From the NCBI GenBank assembly GCA_965227515.1, contig CBDDFZ010000001.1, positions 736,001 through 800,000 on the forward strand: a DNA stretch of 64,000 bases, written 5' to 3'. Below are positions 38,696-49,051 of the stretch, in pieces (the first letter of the stretch is position 1; each line of letters begins with the position of its first letter). Origin of the DNA: Alphaproteobacteria bacterium (GTDB lineage Bacteria > Pseudomonadota > Alphaproteobacteria > CALKHQ01). Under the pieces are notes generated by a model. The model searched no databases, was not told the DNA's origin, and worked only from the letters and a program-made list of their open reading frames with translations. A program made the position numbers and the translations under genes.

Positions 38696-39631
38696 CTAGC
38701 GGTACTGGCCCGCCAGCTCCAGGACCTGTGCGGCGTTCTCCTGGGTCACGAAGCCAGGGCCCGACGGGATGTCGGCGCCGGGCAGCAGCCCATACTGGTT
38801 GTAGAGGTGCAGCACCACCAGCGGCATGTAGCCCTGCAGGAACTGCTGCTGGTCGATGGCGAAGGCCACGTCGCCGGCCTGGATGCCCTCGACCACGCCG
38901 GGCGTCAGGTCGAAGCAGCCTAGGTGGATCTGGCCGTTCAGGCCCAAACCGGTCAGCGCCTTGACCGCGGCCTCGCACACGTGCGGGCCGGTCGCGAACA
39001 CGCCGTCGATCTCGGCATCCGACGACACCGCGGCGGCGGTGCGCGCCTCGATCTCGGCCGGATCGTTGGTCACATCGATCATGTTGAGCTCTTGGCCCAG
39101 ACCGTCGAAATAGCCCTCGCAGCGCTGCACCAGCGCGACGTTGAAGGCTTCCTGGTTCAGGCAGATGCCCTTGGTCACGCCCGCCGCGGCCGCGCGTGCG
39201 CCGCCTGCGCTGCCGGCCTCGTACTCGGGCTGGCCGACGTGCATCAGCACACCCAGCTCACCCGCGACATCGGCGCCGGAATTGATCGAGACCACCGGGA
39301 TGCCGGCGGCGACGGCGGCCTGGATCGGCCCGCCCAGGATGTCGGCATCGGGGATCGAGACGACGATGCCGTCGGGACCCTGCGCGATGGCGGCCTCGAC
39401 GATCTGGCCCATCTCGACCAGGTCGCCGGCGGACGGGTGGCGGTACTCGAGGCCGACACCCAGATCGGCGGCCGCTTCCTCTGCGGCGCGCTGCACGACC
39501 GGCCAGAACGGATCGGTGCCGGCGGTGTGGGTGACCATGATGTAGGTCTCGTCCTGCGCCATGGCGCCGTTGGCCAGCGCGGTGACGCCGGCAAGCGCCG
39601 CAGCGGCGCTCAGCATGATTGTCTTGTGCAT
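38696..39631 (-). CDS. Sugar/polyol ABC transporter substrate-binding protein
   Basis: Signal peptide, 'DPFWPVVQ', 'GIPVVSINSG', 'IDQQQFLQGY'. Confidence 0.9.
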   Translation of the reverse strand: MHKTIMLSAAAALAGVTALANGAMAQDETYIMVTHTAGTDPFWPVVQRAAEEAAADLGVGLEYRHPSAGDLVEMGQIVEAAIAQGPDGIVVSIPDADILGGPIQAAVAAGIPVVSINSGADVAGELGVLMHVGQPEYEAGSAGGARAAAAGVTKGICLNQEAFNVALVQRCEGYFDGLGQELNMIDVTNDPAEIEARTAAAVSSDAEIDGVFATGPHVCEAAVKALTGLGLNGQIHLGCFDLTPGVVEGIQAGDVAFAIDQQQFLQGYMPLVVLHLYNQYGLLPGADIPSGPGFVTQENAAQVLELAGQYR

Positions 39632-40066
39632 GTCTCTTTGCTCCTCCCAAGAGATCGTGATTGGCGTCATCGGTTCTCCGGTGCGCCGGGCCACTATCGG
39701 CCCTTACTTCGTGGCCAAAAAATACAATCGGCCTGCGTATGTAAAGGCGATTTTGTCCGGCGCGAAGGCCAGCCCCGCGCGGTGCGCGCGCGTTGCCGTC
39801 CGTGGGCGCATTTCCGGCCGTCCACGGATTGTCGTTTGACAGATGCGCACGTGTTCCCGATAATCTTCGCAGGTTCAAGCGTTGGCAATGCGAACACGTC
39901 GACGGCAAATCCCCGCAGGTGGATCAAGTAAAACGCCAACCCGTTGCAAGAAAATATCACAAAAAAATGGGGTGCTATTGATGCGGTACGCTGAGCGCGC
40001 ACTGCGTTTTGTTGCGCGTGGCCGCAGGCCAATGCCTTCACAACGATTTTCGAGGGAGAATTGAGC

Positions 40067-41710
40067 ATGTCCGACAAGAAATGGTGGAAAGATGTCCACC
40101 CCGGTATCCCCGATGTGGCCGAGCGTCTGCGCAAGGAAGAGATCAGCCGGCGTGAATTTGTCCGCACGGCGACCCTGCTCGGCATGTCGGCGACCGCGGC
40201 CTATGCGGTGGCGGGCGAACTGACCGGCCAGGGCGCGGTGCCGGCCGCCGAGGCGCAGGACGGCGAGCCGACGATGGGCGGCACCCTGCGCTGCGGCATG
40301 CGGGTGCAGCAGATGAAGGACCCGGCGACCTTCGACTGGACCGAGAAGTCGAACCAGGCCCGCCACGTGCTGGAATACCTGGCCAAGACCGACGCCAACA
40401 ACATCACCACGCCATACCTTCTGGAAGGCTGGGAAGCGTCGGAGGATCTGAAGACCTGGACGTTCAACCTGCGCCAGGGCGTGAAGTGGAACAATGGCGA
40501 CGATTTCATCGCTGAGGACGTGAAGGCCAATTTCGATCGCTGGACCGACCCGGAAGTCGGCTCGTCGAACGAGAGCCTGTTCTCGTCGCTGGACGGGGTG
40601 GAGATCGTCAATGACCATCAGGTGCTGCTGCATCTGAAATCGGCCGAGCTGGCGATCCCGGAGAACCTCTACAACTATCCGACCGCGATCACCCACCGCA
40701 GCTTCCAGGAGACGGGCGCCGACTTCGAGGCGAACCCGATCGGGACCGGCCCGTATGAGCTGACCGACTTCGAGGTCGGCGGCGTGTGCCGCCTGGCCAA
40801 GCGCGATCCCAGCCAGTACTGGGGCGACGAGGTCTACCTCGACGGCATCGAGTACATCGACTTCGGCGAAGGCACCGGCCCGTCGGTGCAGGCGCTGCTG
40901 TCCGGCCAGGTCGACACCGTCTACGAGATCGGCGTCGAGGAAATCGAGGTCATCGAGAACGAGGCCGACCTGCGGGTGTACGAGGCGATCACGGCGCAGA
41001 CCGGTGTGGCGCGCATGCGGGTGACCGAGGCGCCGTTCGACGACGTGCGCGTGCGGCAGGCCGTGGTGGCCTGCCTGGACAACGACCGCCTGCTGCAGAT
41101 TGGCTATCGCGGCCGTGGCGCGCCGGCGGAGAACCACCATGTCTGCCCGATCCACCCGGAATACTTCGCCCTGCCGCGGCTGTCGCAGGACCATGAGCGG
41201 GCACGGGCGCTGCTGGCCGAGGCCGGCCACGCCGACGGCATCAACATCACCATCGACGTGCGCCAGGCGCCGGCATGGGAGTTGAACACCGTCACCGCGA
41301 TGAAGGAAATGTTGGAGCCGGCCGGCATCAACATGGAAATCAACGTGATGCCGAGCTCGCAGTACTGGGAGGTCTGGGACAAGACGCCGTTCGGCTTCAC
41401 CGCCTGGACCCACCGCCCGCTCGGCGTGATGGTCATGAACCTGGCCTACCGCTCCGGCGTGTCGTGGAACGAGAGCGCGTATTCGAACCCCGAGTTCGAT
41501 GCCGCGCTGGACGTGGCCAGCGGCATCCTGGATCCGGTGGAGCGTGCCAAGCAGATGGAAGTGGTGGAAGGCATCCTGCAGAACGACGCGGTGATCGCCC
41601 AGCCGCTGTGGCGCGCGGTCTACACGGCCGCCAATACCAGCGTCATGGGCCGGGTCTGCCACCCGACCTACTATCACCAGTTCAACACCGTCTGGCTCCA
41701 ATCGTCCTGA
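40067..41710 (+). CDS. Dpp/Opp-family ABC substrate-binding protein with twin-arginine signal
   Basis: 'SRREFVR' Tat motif, 'WTFNLRQGVKWNNG', 'PIGTGPY', 'PFDDVRVRQA'. Confidence 0.92.
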   Translation: MSDKKWWKDVHPGIPDVAERLRKEEISRREFVRTATLLGMSATAAYAVAGELTGQGAVPAAEAQDGEPTMGGTLRCGMRVQQMKDPATFDWTEKSNQARHVLEYLAKTDANNITTPYLLEGWEASEDLKTWTFNLRQGVKWNNGDDFIAEDVKANFDRWTDPEVGSSNESLFSSLDGVEIVNDHQVLLHLKSAELAIPENLYNYPTAITHRSFQETGADFEANPIGTGPYELTDFEVGGVCRLAKRDPSQYWGDEVYLDGIEYIDFGEGTGPSVQALLSGQVDTVYEIGVEEIEVIENEADLRVYEAITAQTGVARMRVTEAPFDDVRVRQAVVACLDNDRLLQIGYRGRGAPAENHHVCPIHPEYFALPRLSQDHERARALLAEAGHADGINITIDVRQAPAWELNTVTAMKEMLEPAGINMEINVMPSSQYWEVWDKTPFGFTAWTHRPLGVMVMNLAYRSGVSWNESAYSNPEFDAALDVASGILDPVERAKQMEVVEGILQNDAVIAQPLWRAVYTAANTSVMGRVCHPTYYHQFNTVWLQSS

Positions 41711-41860
41711 CGGTTCGGTGATGCGGGCGGCGGTCGATACGCCGCCGTCCGCCCTTCTCCGCAATCCACGGGCCCGCGCCGCCCAGGCGCCTGGTTTCGA
41801 GACCCGATGACTGCGGACACGACCTGATCCGGCTGCAACCCGGAGGGCCTGCAAAGCGAC

Positions 41861-42805
41861 ATGCTGGTTCTGATCGTCAAACGCATCGGCGTAACACTGC
41901 TGACGATGTTGGTGGTGTCGATCCTGCTGTTCCTGATCTTCGAGCTCAGGGTCGACAATGTCGCGCTCAAGGTGCTCGGGCCGTACTCCACCGAAGAGCA
42001 GCGCTCGCTGTGGCTGGAGGCCAACGGCTACTACGACCCGTTGGTCGAGCGCTATCTGCGCTGGCTGGGCAATGCCCTGGTCGGCGACTTCGGCGAGTCC
42101 GTGCAGTTCAAGCGGCCGGTCAACGACCTGTTGTGGGACCGGCTCGGCAACACCGGTCTGCTCGGCGGCGTGGCGATGGCCGTCATCATCCCGCTCGCCC
42201 TATTCCTGGGCGTCATCGCCGGCATGCGCGAGGGCTCGATCCGCGACCGCACGATCTCGGTCACCTCGATCATCACCACCTCGATCCCCGAATTCGCCAG
42301 CGCGATGTTCCTGATCTCGATCTTCGCGGTGGCGCTGGCCGGCACCGGCTGGTCGCTGGACGGGGCGACCAACATGGCCGACGGCATCCAGTTCAGCGAG
42401 CTGATCCTGCCCGCCGCGGTGCTGATCCTGTATGACTTCGGCTATGTCGCGCGGATGACCCGGGCCTCGATGGCCGAGGTGATGACCACCCACTACATCC
42501 GCACCGCGGTGCTGAAGGGCCTGCCCTACCGCCGCATCATCACCAAGCACGCGCTACGCAACGCGCTGATCCCGCCGTTCACGGTGATCATGCTGCAGTT
42601 CAACTGGCTGTTGTCCGGCGTGATCGTGGTCGAGGTGGCGTTCGCCTACAAGGGCTTCGGCTTCCTGTTGCTGGAGGCAGCGACCAATGACGATATCTAC
42701 ATGATCCAGGCGTGCTCCATGGTCGCCGTGCTGGTCGCGGTCGCCACCCAGACCATCTCCGACATCGGCTACGGGTTCCTGAACCCGCGGATCAGGTTCT
42801 CCTGA
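41861..42805 (+). CDS. Dpp/Opp ABC permease (DppB-like)
   Basis: EAA loop 'YIRTAVLKGL...HALRNAL'. Confidence 0.92.
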   Translation: MLVLIVKRIGVTLLTMLVVSILLFLIFELRVDNVALKVLGPYSTEEQRSLWLEANGYYDPLVERYLRWLGNALVGDFGESVQFKRPVNDLLWDRLGNTGLLGGVAMAVIIPLALFLGVIAGMREGSIRDRTISVTSIITTSIPEFASAMFLISIFAVALAGTGWSLDGATNMADGIQFSELILPAAVLILYDFGYVARMTRASMAEVMTTHYIRTAVLKGLPYRRIITKHALRNALIPPFTVIMLQFNWLLSGVIVVEVAFAYKGFGFLLLEAATNDDIYMIQACSMVAVLVAVATQTISDIGYGFLNPRIRFS

Positions 42806-44166
42806 TGAGCGCGGTCGCGGAATCGGCGCCGGCAGGGCGCAGCTTCGGGCAGGCTTTGATGGGCGCTTTGAGGTCGTTCGCGCTGTTGCGAGAGAGCAAG
42901 GTCGGCATGGTCGGCGTCGGCATCATCCTGCTGTGGATCGTGGTCGCGATCACGGCGGGGTGGATCGCGCCATATGACCCGAACCGGACCATCAATCGCG
43001 AGATGGTGCGGCCGTTCGAGACCGTGCCGGTCGACGTCGCGTCCTACCCGTCGATGATGGTGCGGGTCAGCGGCGTGCCCGACGACGTGTCGTTCTCGGA
43101 AGGCGAGCGCGAGGGCGGCGACTGGGTGGTCACCGGCTACGACATCCTCGACACCCGTATCGTCCTGCCGGAGGACGCGGAGGGGACGATCTCGTTCCCG
43201 GTCGAGGCCTGGGAGGTGTTCCGGGAGACCGACCAGGACGGCAATGAGATCGTCACCTTGGAGGACCTGACCTCCGGCACGCTGACCTATGACATTTCCG
43301 CCGCCATGGCCGAGCAGGAAGCGGACGACGCGGAGGACGTGTCGGACGCCTATGGCAACGCGTACGGGCAACAACAGCCGCAAGACGACAGCAATGACGT
43401 TTCGTCCGGCTATGGCAACGCGTACGGCCAGCAGCAGCAACAGGCGGAGCCGGAGGAGGAGGTGGGCCTGCCCATCGACCTGACCGAAGGACTGCCGGTC
43501 AGCTACGTGCTCGGCACCGACCATTCCGGCCGCGATATCTTCTCCCGCGTGCTCTATGGCTCACGTACGGTGCTGATGTACGCGCCGTTGGCCACCATCT
43601 GTGCGTACTTCGTCGGCATCCTGCTCGGGCTTGCCGCCGGCTACTACCGCGGCTGGGTGGATTCGGTGCTGTCGTTCATCGGCAACGTCATCCTGTCGTT
43701 CCCGGTGCTGGTGCTCTACATCGTCATCATCTCGATCATCGGGGCGTCCGGCTTCAACATCGTGCTGGCGGTCACCTTTGCCAGCGCGCCGGGCATATTG
43801 CGTATCGTGCGCGGCCTGGTGCTCGACCTGCGTAACCGCGAATACGTGGCGGCGGCCCAGACCCGCGGCGAGTCGAGTTGGTACATCATGCTGGTGGAAA
43901 TCCTGCCGAACGCGCGCGGGCCGCTGATCGTCGATGCCTGCCTGCGCATGGGCTACGTCACCATCACTATCGGCGTGCTCGGATTCCTGGGCCTCGGCCT
44001 GCCGCCGCCCGATCCCGACTGGGGCGGCATGGTGAACGACGCCCGCAACAACGGTGCGTTGACCAACATGCACACGGCGCTGTTCCCGTGCATCGCCATC
44101 TCGTCGCTGGTGCTGGGGCTGAACTTGCTGGCCGACGGCCTGCGCGAAGTATCCCTGAGGGACTAG
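42805..44166 (+). CDS. Dpp/Opp ABC permease (DppC-like) with ~150-aa inserted soluble segment
   Basis: 'IAPYDP' ... 'LGTDHSGRDIFSR', 'EYVAAAQTRGES', 'GFLGLGLPPPDPDWG'. Confidence 0.9.
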   Translation: MSAVAESAPAGRSFGQALMGALRSFALLRESKVGMVGVGIILLWIVVAITAGWIAPYDPNRTINREMVRPFETVPVDVASYPSMMVRVSGVPDDVSFSEGEREGGDWVVTGYDILDTRIVLPEDAEGTISFPVEAWEVFRETDQDGNEIVTLEDLTSGTLTYDISAAMAEQEADDAEDVSDAYGNAYGQQQPQDDSNDVSSGYGNAYGQQQQQAEPEEEVGLPIDLTEGLPVSYVLGTDHSGRDIFSRVLYGSRTVLMYAPLATICAYFVGILLGLAAGYYRGWVDSVLSFIGNVILSFPVLVLYIVIISIIGASGFNIVLAVTFASAPGILRIVRGLVLDLRNREYVAAAQTRGESSWYIMLVEILPNARGPLIVDACLRMGYVTITIGVLGFLGLGLPPPDPDWGGMVNDARNNGALTNMHTALFPCIAISSLVLGLNLLADGLREVSLRD

Positions 44167-44169
44167 CCC

Positions 44170-46320
44170 ATGAGCAGCAACGGCCACGACACCAACACCG
44201 CCCGGGCTGGCCTCGACGCCGACGCCCCGCTGCTGGAGATCGAGAACCTGTCGATTTCCTACTTCACCCGCGCGGGCGAAGTGCCGGCGGTGATCGACTT
44301 CAACCTGACGCTGCAGGCCGGTGAGGCTGTCGGCTTGGTCGGGGAGTCCGGTTGCGGCAAGTCCACCGTCGCGATGGCGGTGATGCAGTACCTGGGCGGC
44401 AACGGCAAGATCGTCGGCGGGTCGGTCCGCTATAAGGGCCGCGACATGACCCAGATGGGCGAGGAGGAGCTGCGGCGCATCCGTGGTGCCGACATCGCCA
44501 TGGTCTACCAGGAGCCGATGGCGTCCCTGAACCCGTCGATGCTGATCGGCATGCAGCTGATGGAAGTGCCGATCTTCCATGAGGGTGTCAGCCGGGAGGA
44601 GGCCGGGGAGCGGGCGCGGGAAATCCTGGCTAGCGTGCACCTGCCGGACCCGGACCGGGTGATGAAGTCCTACCCGCACCAGATCTCCGGCGGACAGCAG
44701 CAGCGCGTGGTGATCGCGATGGCGCTGCTCTCCAACCCGTCGCTGCTGCTGCTGGACGAGCCGACCACGGCGCTGGACGTGACGGTGGAGGCCGGCATCG
44801 TCGAGCTGATCGCAGAGATCAGCGAGAAGTTCGGCACCGGCATGCTCTACATCTCGCACAATCTGGGGCTGATCCGCGAAACCTGCGACCGCATCTGCGT
44901 GATGTACTCCGGCCAGGCGGTGGAAACCGGCGACATCGCCACGGTCTTCAACAAGCCGACCCACCCCTACACCAACGGGCTGTTCGGCTGCATCGCGCTG
45001 CCCAGCGCCGACCGGTTCGCGCGCCCGCTGACGCCGATCCGGGGCAACCTGCCGCTGCCGCACCAGCGCCCGAAGGGCTGTTATTTCGGGCCGCGCTGCG
45101 ACTTCTTCCAGGCCGGCCGCTGCGACGGCGACCTGATCCCGATGTATGGCGTCGACAACACGGATGAGCACCAGGTGCGCTGCGTGCGCTGGGACGAGAT
45201 CGACTGGGACACCTACACCCCCGACGTGGAGCCGTTCGAGCGCCAGGACGCCGGCGAGGAGGTGCTGAAGGTCGACGCGATGTCGAAGTACTACCAGGTC
45301 AACAAGTCGGGCTTCGGCGCGTTGATCGGCGGCGGCGAGGTGCGCGAGGTCAAGGCCAATGAGAGCCTGACCTTCACCGCGCGCGAGGGCGAGACGGTGG
45401 CGATCGTCGGCGAGTCCGGCTGCGGCAAGTCCACCTTCGCCAAGGTGCTGATGGGCCTGGAGACCGCGACAGGCGGCGAGCTCATCTTCATGGGCACCGA
45501 CATCGCCGAGGTCGAGGTAGAGGATCGGTCGCGCGAGCAGATCGGCTCGCTGCAGATGGTGTTCCAGAACCCGTTCGACACGCTGAACCCCAGCCAGACC
45601 GTGGGCAGCCAGATCAGCCGGGTGATCCGCAAGTTCGGCGTCGAGAGCGACCCGCGCAAGGTGCGCCAGCGCATGCTGGAGCTGCTCGACCTGGTGAAGT
45701 TGCCGCGCGCGTTCGCAAAGCGGCGGCCGCGCCAGCTCTCCGGCGGCCAGAAGCAGCGCGTCGGCATCGCGCGCGCGTTCGCCGGCGAGCCGAAGACGGT
45801 GATCGCCGACGAGCCGGTCTCAGCCCTCGACGTGTCGGTGGCCGCCGCCGTCACCGGGCTGCTGCTCGACCTGCAGCGGCGCAACCGCACGACGCTGCTG
45901 TTCATCAGCCACGATCTGGGCGTGGTGCGCTATCTCGCCGACCGCATCGTGGTGATGTACCTCGGCAAGATCATGGAGCAGGGCACGGCCGACGAGATCT
46001 TCTCGCCGCCCTACCACCCCTACACCGAGGCGCTGCTGTCGGCGGTGCCGGTGGCAGATACCAGCGTCGACAAGCGCAAGATCATTCTGGAAGGCAACAT
46101 GCCGAGCCCAGTGAACCCGCCGTCGGGCTGCGTGTTCCGCACGCGCTGCCCGCGCAATCTGGGCGCGATCTGCGAGGAAGAGGTGCCGCCAGTGCAGGAG
46201 CCGACGCCGGGCCACAAGATCGCCTGCCACATCCCGCTCGAAGAGCTGCGAGAGACCGACCCGGTGTTCAAGATCCTCGACGCCAAGGAAGGCCTGGCGG
46301 CGGGAGAGACGCGGGTTTAG
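44170..46320 (+). CDS. Fused DppD/DppF double ABC ATPase
   Basis: Two 'GESGCGKST' Walker A motifs, two signature motifs, two Cys-rich oligopeptide C-terminal domains. Confidence 0.95.
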   Translation: MSSNGHDTNTARAGLDADAPLLEIENLSISYFTRAGEVPAVIDFNLTLQAGEAVGLVGESGCGKSTVAMAVMQYLGGNGKIVGGSVRYKGRDMTQMGEEELRRIRGADIAMVYQEPMASLNPSMLIGMQLMEVPIFHEGVSREEAGERAREILASVHLPDPDRVMKSYPHQISGGQQQRVVIAMALLSNPSLLLLDEPTTALDVTVEAGIVELIAEISEKFGTGMLYISHNLGLIRETCDRICVMYSGQAVETGDIATVFNKPTHPYTNGLFGCIALPSADRFARPLTPIRGNLPLPHQRPKGCYFGPRCDFFQAGRCDGDLIPMYGVDNTDEHQVRCVRWDEIDWDTYTPDVEPFERQDAGEEVLKVDAMSKYYQVNKSGFGALIGGGEVREVKANESLTFTAREGETVAIVGESGCGKSTFAKVLMGLETATGGELIFMGTDIAEVEVEDRSREQIGSLQMVFQNPFDTLNPSQTVGSQISRVIRKFGVESDPRKVRQRMLELLDLVKLPRAFAKRRPRQLSGGQKQRVGIARAFAGEPKTVIADEPVSALDVSVAAAVTGLLLDLQRRNRTTLLFISHDLGVVRYLADRIVVMYLGKIMEQGTADEIFSPPYHPYTEALLSAVPVADTSVDKRKIILEGNMPSPVNPPSGCVFRTRCPRNLGAICEEEVPPVQEPTPGHKIACHIPLEELRETDPVFKILDAKEGLAAGETRV

Positions 46321-46705
46321 GGGAACGCCATCGCGTTCCAAGCGATCAGTAACGTGCTTGAATTTCTCGAAGAGCATCCAAAGACCAGACTGTTGTGTGC
46401 ACGTTTCCGACCCTAATATTGTGTCGTCCATATCTAGTTGGAGACGGTCAATGCCCTGGCCGAATTATTGGTGCTCTGGTTACAATAGTTCATAGTATAG
46501 TGGGCTGGTTGATCGACTAAAGTATATGCGAATAGATCCCAAATCTAATATTTGATGTTCCGCAAAAAAATGAAAAACGCAGAACGAGCCAGCTCATTCG
46601 CAGAAGTAGAACACAATATTCGCCAAAGTGGATGGAGTAGAACTCCTATTTATTCGCAACGACCTCGATATTTAGCTATACTGCATATGATGCTTTGTTC
46701 ATTAT

Positions 46706-47131
46706 TTAATGAGCAAGACTCATTAGTTTGATGAATCCCGCTTCAAGATCCACGCCTAGCGCATCTTGATAGTTTTGCTGGGCCTGATCAACAAATCGCG
46801 CGCCTGGCGTCTTGATGTCGCGCCACAAACCACCTAGGTCCGAGGGGAAATATTCCAAGGTAATGCCTGCGATAAACGCAGTGTAGTATGCAGAAAAGTA
46901 GTCACCGCGCTCAATGTGTCCGGCTATCTGATCAACCATCATTTCCTCAAATACTGCCCTGGTTTCCCGGATGATATCTCTCGGAGGGAGTATATTTGGA
47001 TCAGCAAAATTGTCGTCAATGATCGACTTGCCATCATTGATTGCGAGCGGTTCGTCAGCGTGGACATTCTCGACTGAAAGGCAGGCGGTGAATAATACAA
47101 CAACCACACTCATAGAATGCAAAATTCTCAT
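46706..47131 (-). CDS. Hypothetical exported protein (low-GC islet)
   Basis: 141-aa ORF with signal-peptide-like N-terminus; ATGA overlap with upstream ORF; no recognised motif. Confidence 0.5.
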   Translation of the reverse strand: MRILHSMSVVVVLFTACLSVENVHADEPLAINDGKSIIDDNFADPNILPPRDIIRETRAVFEEMMVDQIAGHIERGDYFSAYYTAFIAGITLEYFPSDLGGLWRDIKTPGARFVDQAQQNYQDALGVDLEAGFIKLMSLAH

Positions 47132-47508
47132 GACTGATCTCCTGTCGTCGCTATATATGCAGTGTGGTGTGTTTCAATTAGTTCCCGTGCCTTCTCAAGC
47201 AAGTGAGCCCGCAACGCCGGCCTTACCCCTGCCCGCAATGAAGACCAACCGCCATTCCTTTTTACTTGCGTCTCAACCATAGCTAAGTACGCAGTAATCG
47301 CTGCGCCACAGCTCTGGAAAGCGCTATCGATGGCTGAATCTATATGTTGCCCGTCCGCTACATGATGTGCGGCCCCAAACTCTGCACAGACAATAAAATC
47401 TCGAAAGCGACTTTCTAGAGAATTTGTGCCTGAGGTGCTCGATCCACTGGAGGCAACGCAGCCCGCTAGAAAGACGACCAAAGCTAGTATGCCAATTCTG
47501 TGATGCAT
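47128..47508 (-). CDS. Hypothetical lipoprotein (low-GC islet)
   Basis: Lipobox 'FLAGC' after a hydrophobic stretch, followed by a Ser-rich linker. Confidence 0.55.
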   Translation of the reverse strand: MHHRIGILALVVFLAGCVASSGSSTSGTNSLESRFRDFIVCAEFGAAHHVADGQHIDSAIDSAFQSCGAAITAYLAMVETQVKRNGGWSSLRAGVRPALRAHLLEKARELIETHHTAYIATTGDQS

Positions 47509-47734
47509 AAATCTGCCTCGTTCACCTCTGCTTCGATACAATTTTTTTCTATCACGCCGTCTGGTTGGTGGCAATTATTCCAATTGGGGGTTTATGGAAA
47601 TGTTAGTCACAACAGCAAGCGTAGATGGGCTAACGGCCCTCGTTTGGTGGCTTGCATGAGTGGTCGTCCCTCAAGATGTCGGTGTCATACACGGAGTCGG
47701 GTTTGCCGCTCCAAGACATCGAGGAGAGACGACC

Positions 47735-48778
47735 ATGAACTACTATGCCGGGATTGACGTTTCTTTGGAATGGTCATCGGTGTGCGTTGTTGACGGCGCG
47801 GGCGGGATTGTCTGCGAGGCTCGTATTGCGAGCACGCCGGCGGGTTTGTTGTTGTGGTTTGGGTCTTTGGGGATTTCGGTTGAGCGGATTGGTCTTGAGG
47901 CGGGGCCGTTGTCGCAATGGCTTGTGCGGGAGTGCGCGCAGGGCGGTCTTTCGGTTGAGTTGCTGGAGACGCGTCATGTTGCGCGGGCCCTTTCGACGAT
48001 GCCGGTGAAGTCGGACCGCTCGGACGCACGCGGGATTGCTCAGCTGATGCGTGTGGGCTGGTTTCGTCCGGTTCACTGCAAGTCTTTGGCGGCCCAGGAG
48101 ATGCGGGCCCTTTTGAAGGGTCGCGACCAGCTCCGCGCGAAGCTGCACGATCTTGAGATGCACCTTCGTGGTCAGCTGCGGAACTTCGGGCTGAAGGTAG
48201 GGCACACCACCAGGCGCAGCTTTTCGACACGTATTTCGGAGCTTGTGGCGGGGCATCCGGTACTGGAGGCGGTGGCGGGGGCGCTGCTGTCGGCACGCGA
48301 TGGCCTGTTGCTATCGTTCACGGCGCTGGACCGGCAGGTCCGAGCGGCATCGCAGGCGGACGATCGCGCTCGCCTGCTGATGACGGTGCCGGGCGTGGGG
48401 AGCATTGTCGGACTGACCTACTTGTCGGGAGTGGACGACCCCGGGCGGTTTGCCTCGTCGCGCCTGGTGGGGGCGCACTTCGGCCTGACGCCGACCAAGC
48501 GCCAGTCGGGCGAGAGCGAGATGACGGGGCGGATCTCGAAGGTGGGCGATGCGGACGTGCGTGCAGCGCTTTACGAGGCGGCGCACGTAATCCTGACCCG
48601 GCCGATCAAGGGCGGGTGGTTGAAGAGCTGGGCGATGAAGCTGGCCAGGCGAGCCGGCATGAGGAAGGCGAAGGTCGCGCTGGCGCGCCGGCTGGCCGTG
48701 ATCATGCACCGGATGTGGGTTGACGGCACCGCGTTCAACCATGCCGGACCGGTGCGCCCGGCGATGGCAGCGGCCTAA
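47735..48778 (+). CDS. IS110-family DEDD recombinase/transposase
   Basis: 'YYAGIDVS', 'GLEAG', 'KSDRSDARGIA', 'LMTVPGVG', 'FGLTPTKRQSGE...GRISKVG'; RBS GAGGAG. Confidence 0.95.
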   Translation: MNYYAGIDVSLEWSSVCVVDGAGGIVCEARIASTPAGLLLWFGSLGISVERIGLEAGPLSQWLVRECAQGGLSVELLETRHVARALSTMPVKSDRSDARGIAQLMRVGWFRPVHCKSLAAQEMRALLKGRDQLRAKLHDLEMHLRGQLRNFGLKVGHTTRRSFSTRISELVAGHPVLEAVAGALLSARDGLLLSFTALDRQVRAASQADDRARLLMTVPGVGSIVGLTYLSGVDDPGRFASSRLVGAHFGLTPTKRQSGESEMTGRISKVGDADVRAALYEAAHVILTRPIKGGWLKSWAMKLARRAGMRKAKVALARRLAVIMHRMWVDGTAFNHAGPVRPAMAAA

Positions 48779-48853
48779 TGGCAAAGACGACCGCCGCATA
48801 GGGAGAACCAGCACACGAGCTTCGGCGGGCGCAGACACCGGCCCGTCAAGCGC

Positions 48854-48998
48854 CGTCCCGCGCCGGGACGATGGATCAGGTCAGGCCGCCATCCAGGATG
48901 TCGCCTCGCACGAGAGCACGCTTCCGTAGATTGGACCGACCGATCCTCGCATATCCATCTTGGTGGCGGCCGTGCGCCGACCCCGTACAGAAGCATGA
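48854..48998 (+). ncRNA. Predicted bridge/seek RNA of the IS110 element
   Basis: 5' hairpin plus two stem/internal-loop modules whose loop segments match the REP target and the donor circle junction; boundaries approximate, folded by eye. Confidence 0.75.
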
Positions 48999-49051
48999 CC
49001 CAGGCGCCGGGACGACGAAAAAGGGATTGACCAACAATGGCCCGTTACAGA

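Noticed and set aside
40067-40200. Long N-terminal extension before the Tat motif of the Dpp binding protein
   Set aside because: Similar leaders are familiar in alphaproteobacterial Tat-exported family 5 binding proteins; not considered novel.
46570-46731. 53-aa plus-strand ORF in the AT-rich islet
   Set aside because: No RBS or motif, and it overlaps the end of the minus-strand ORF.
48998-49005. ACCCAGGC as the left target guide (8/8 match to the target)
   Set aside because: It lies 3' of the donor loop and outside the predicted target-binding loop; CATCCAGG fits the loop geometry better. Kept as an alternative, not excluded.
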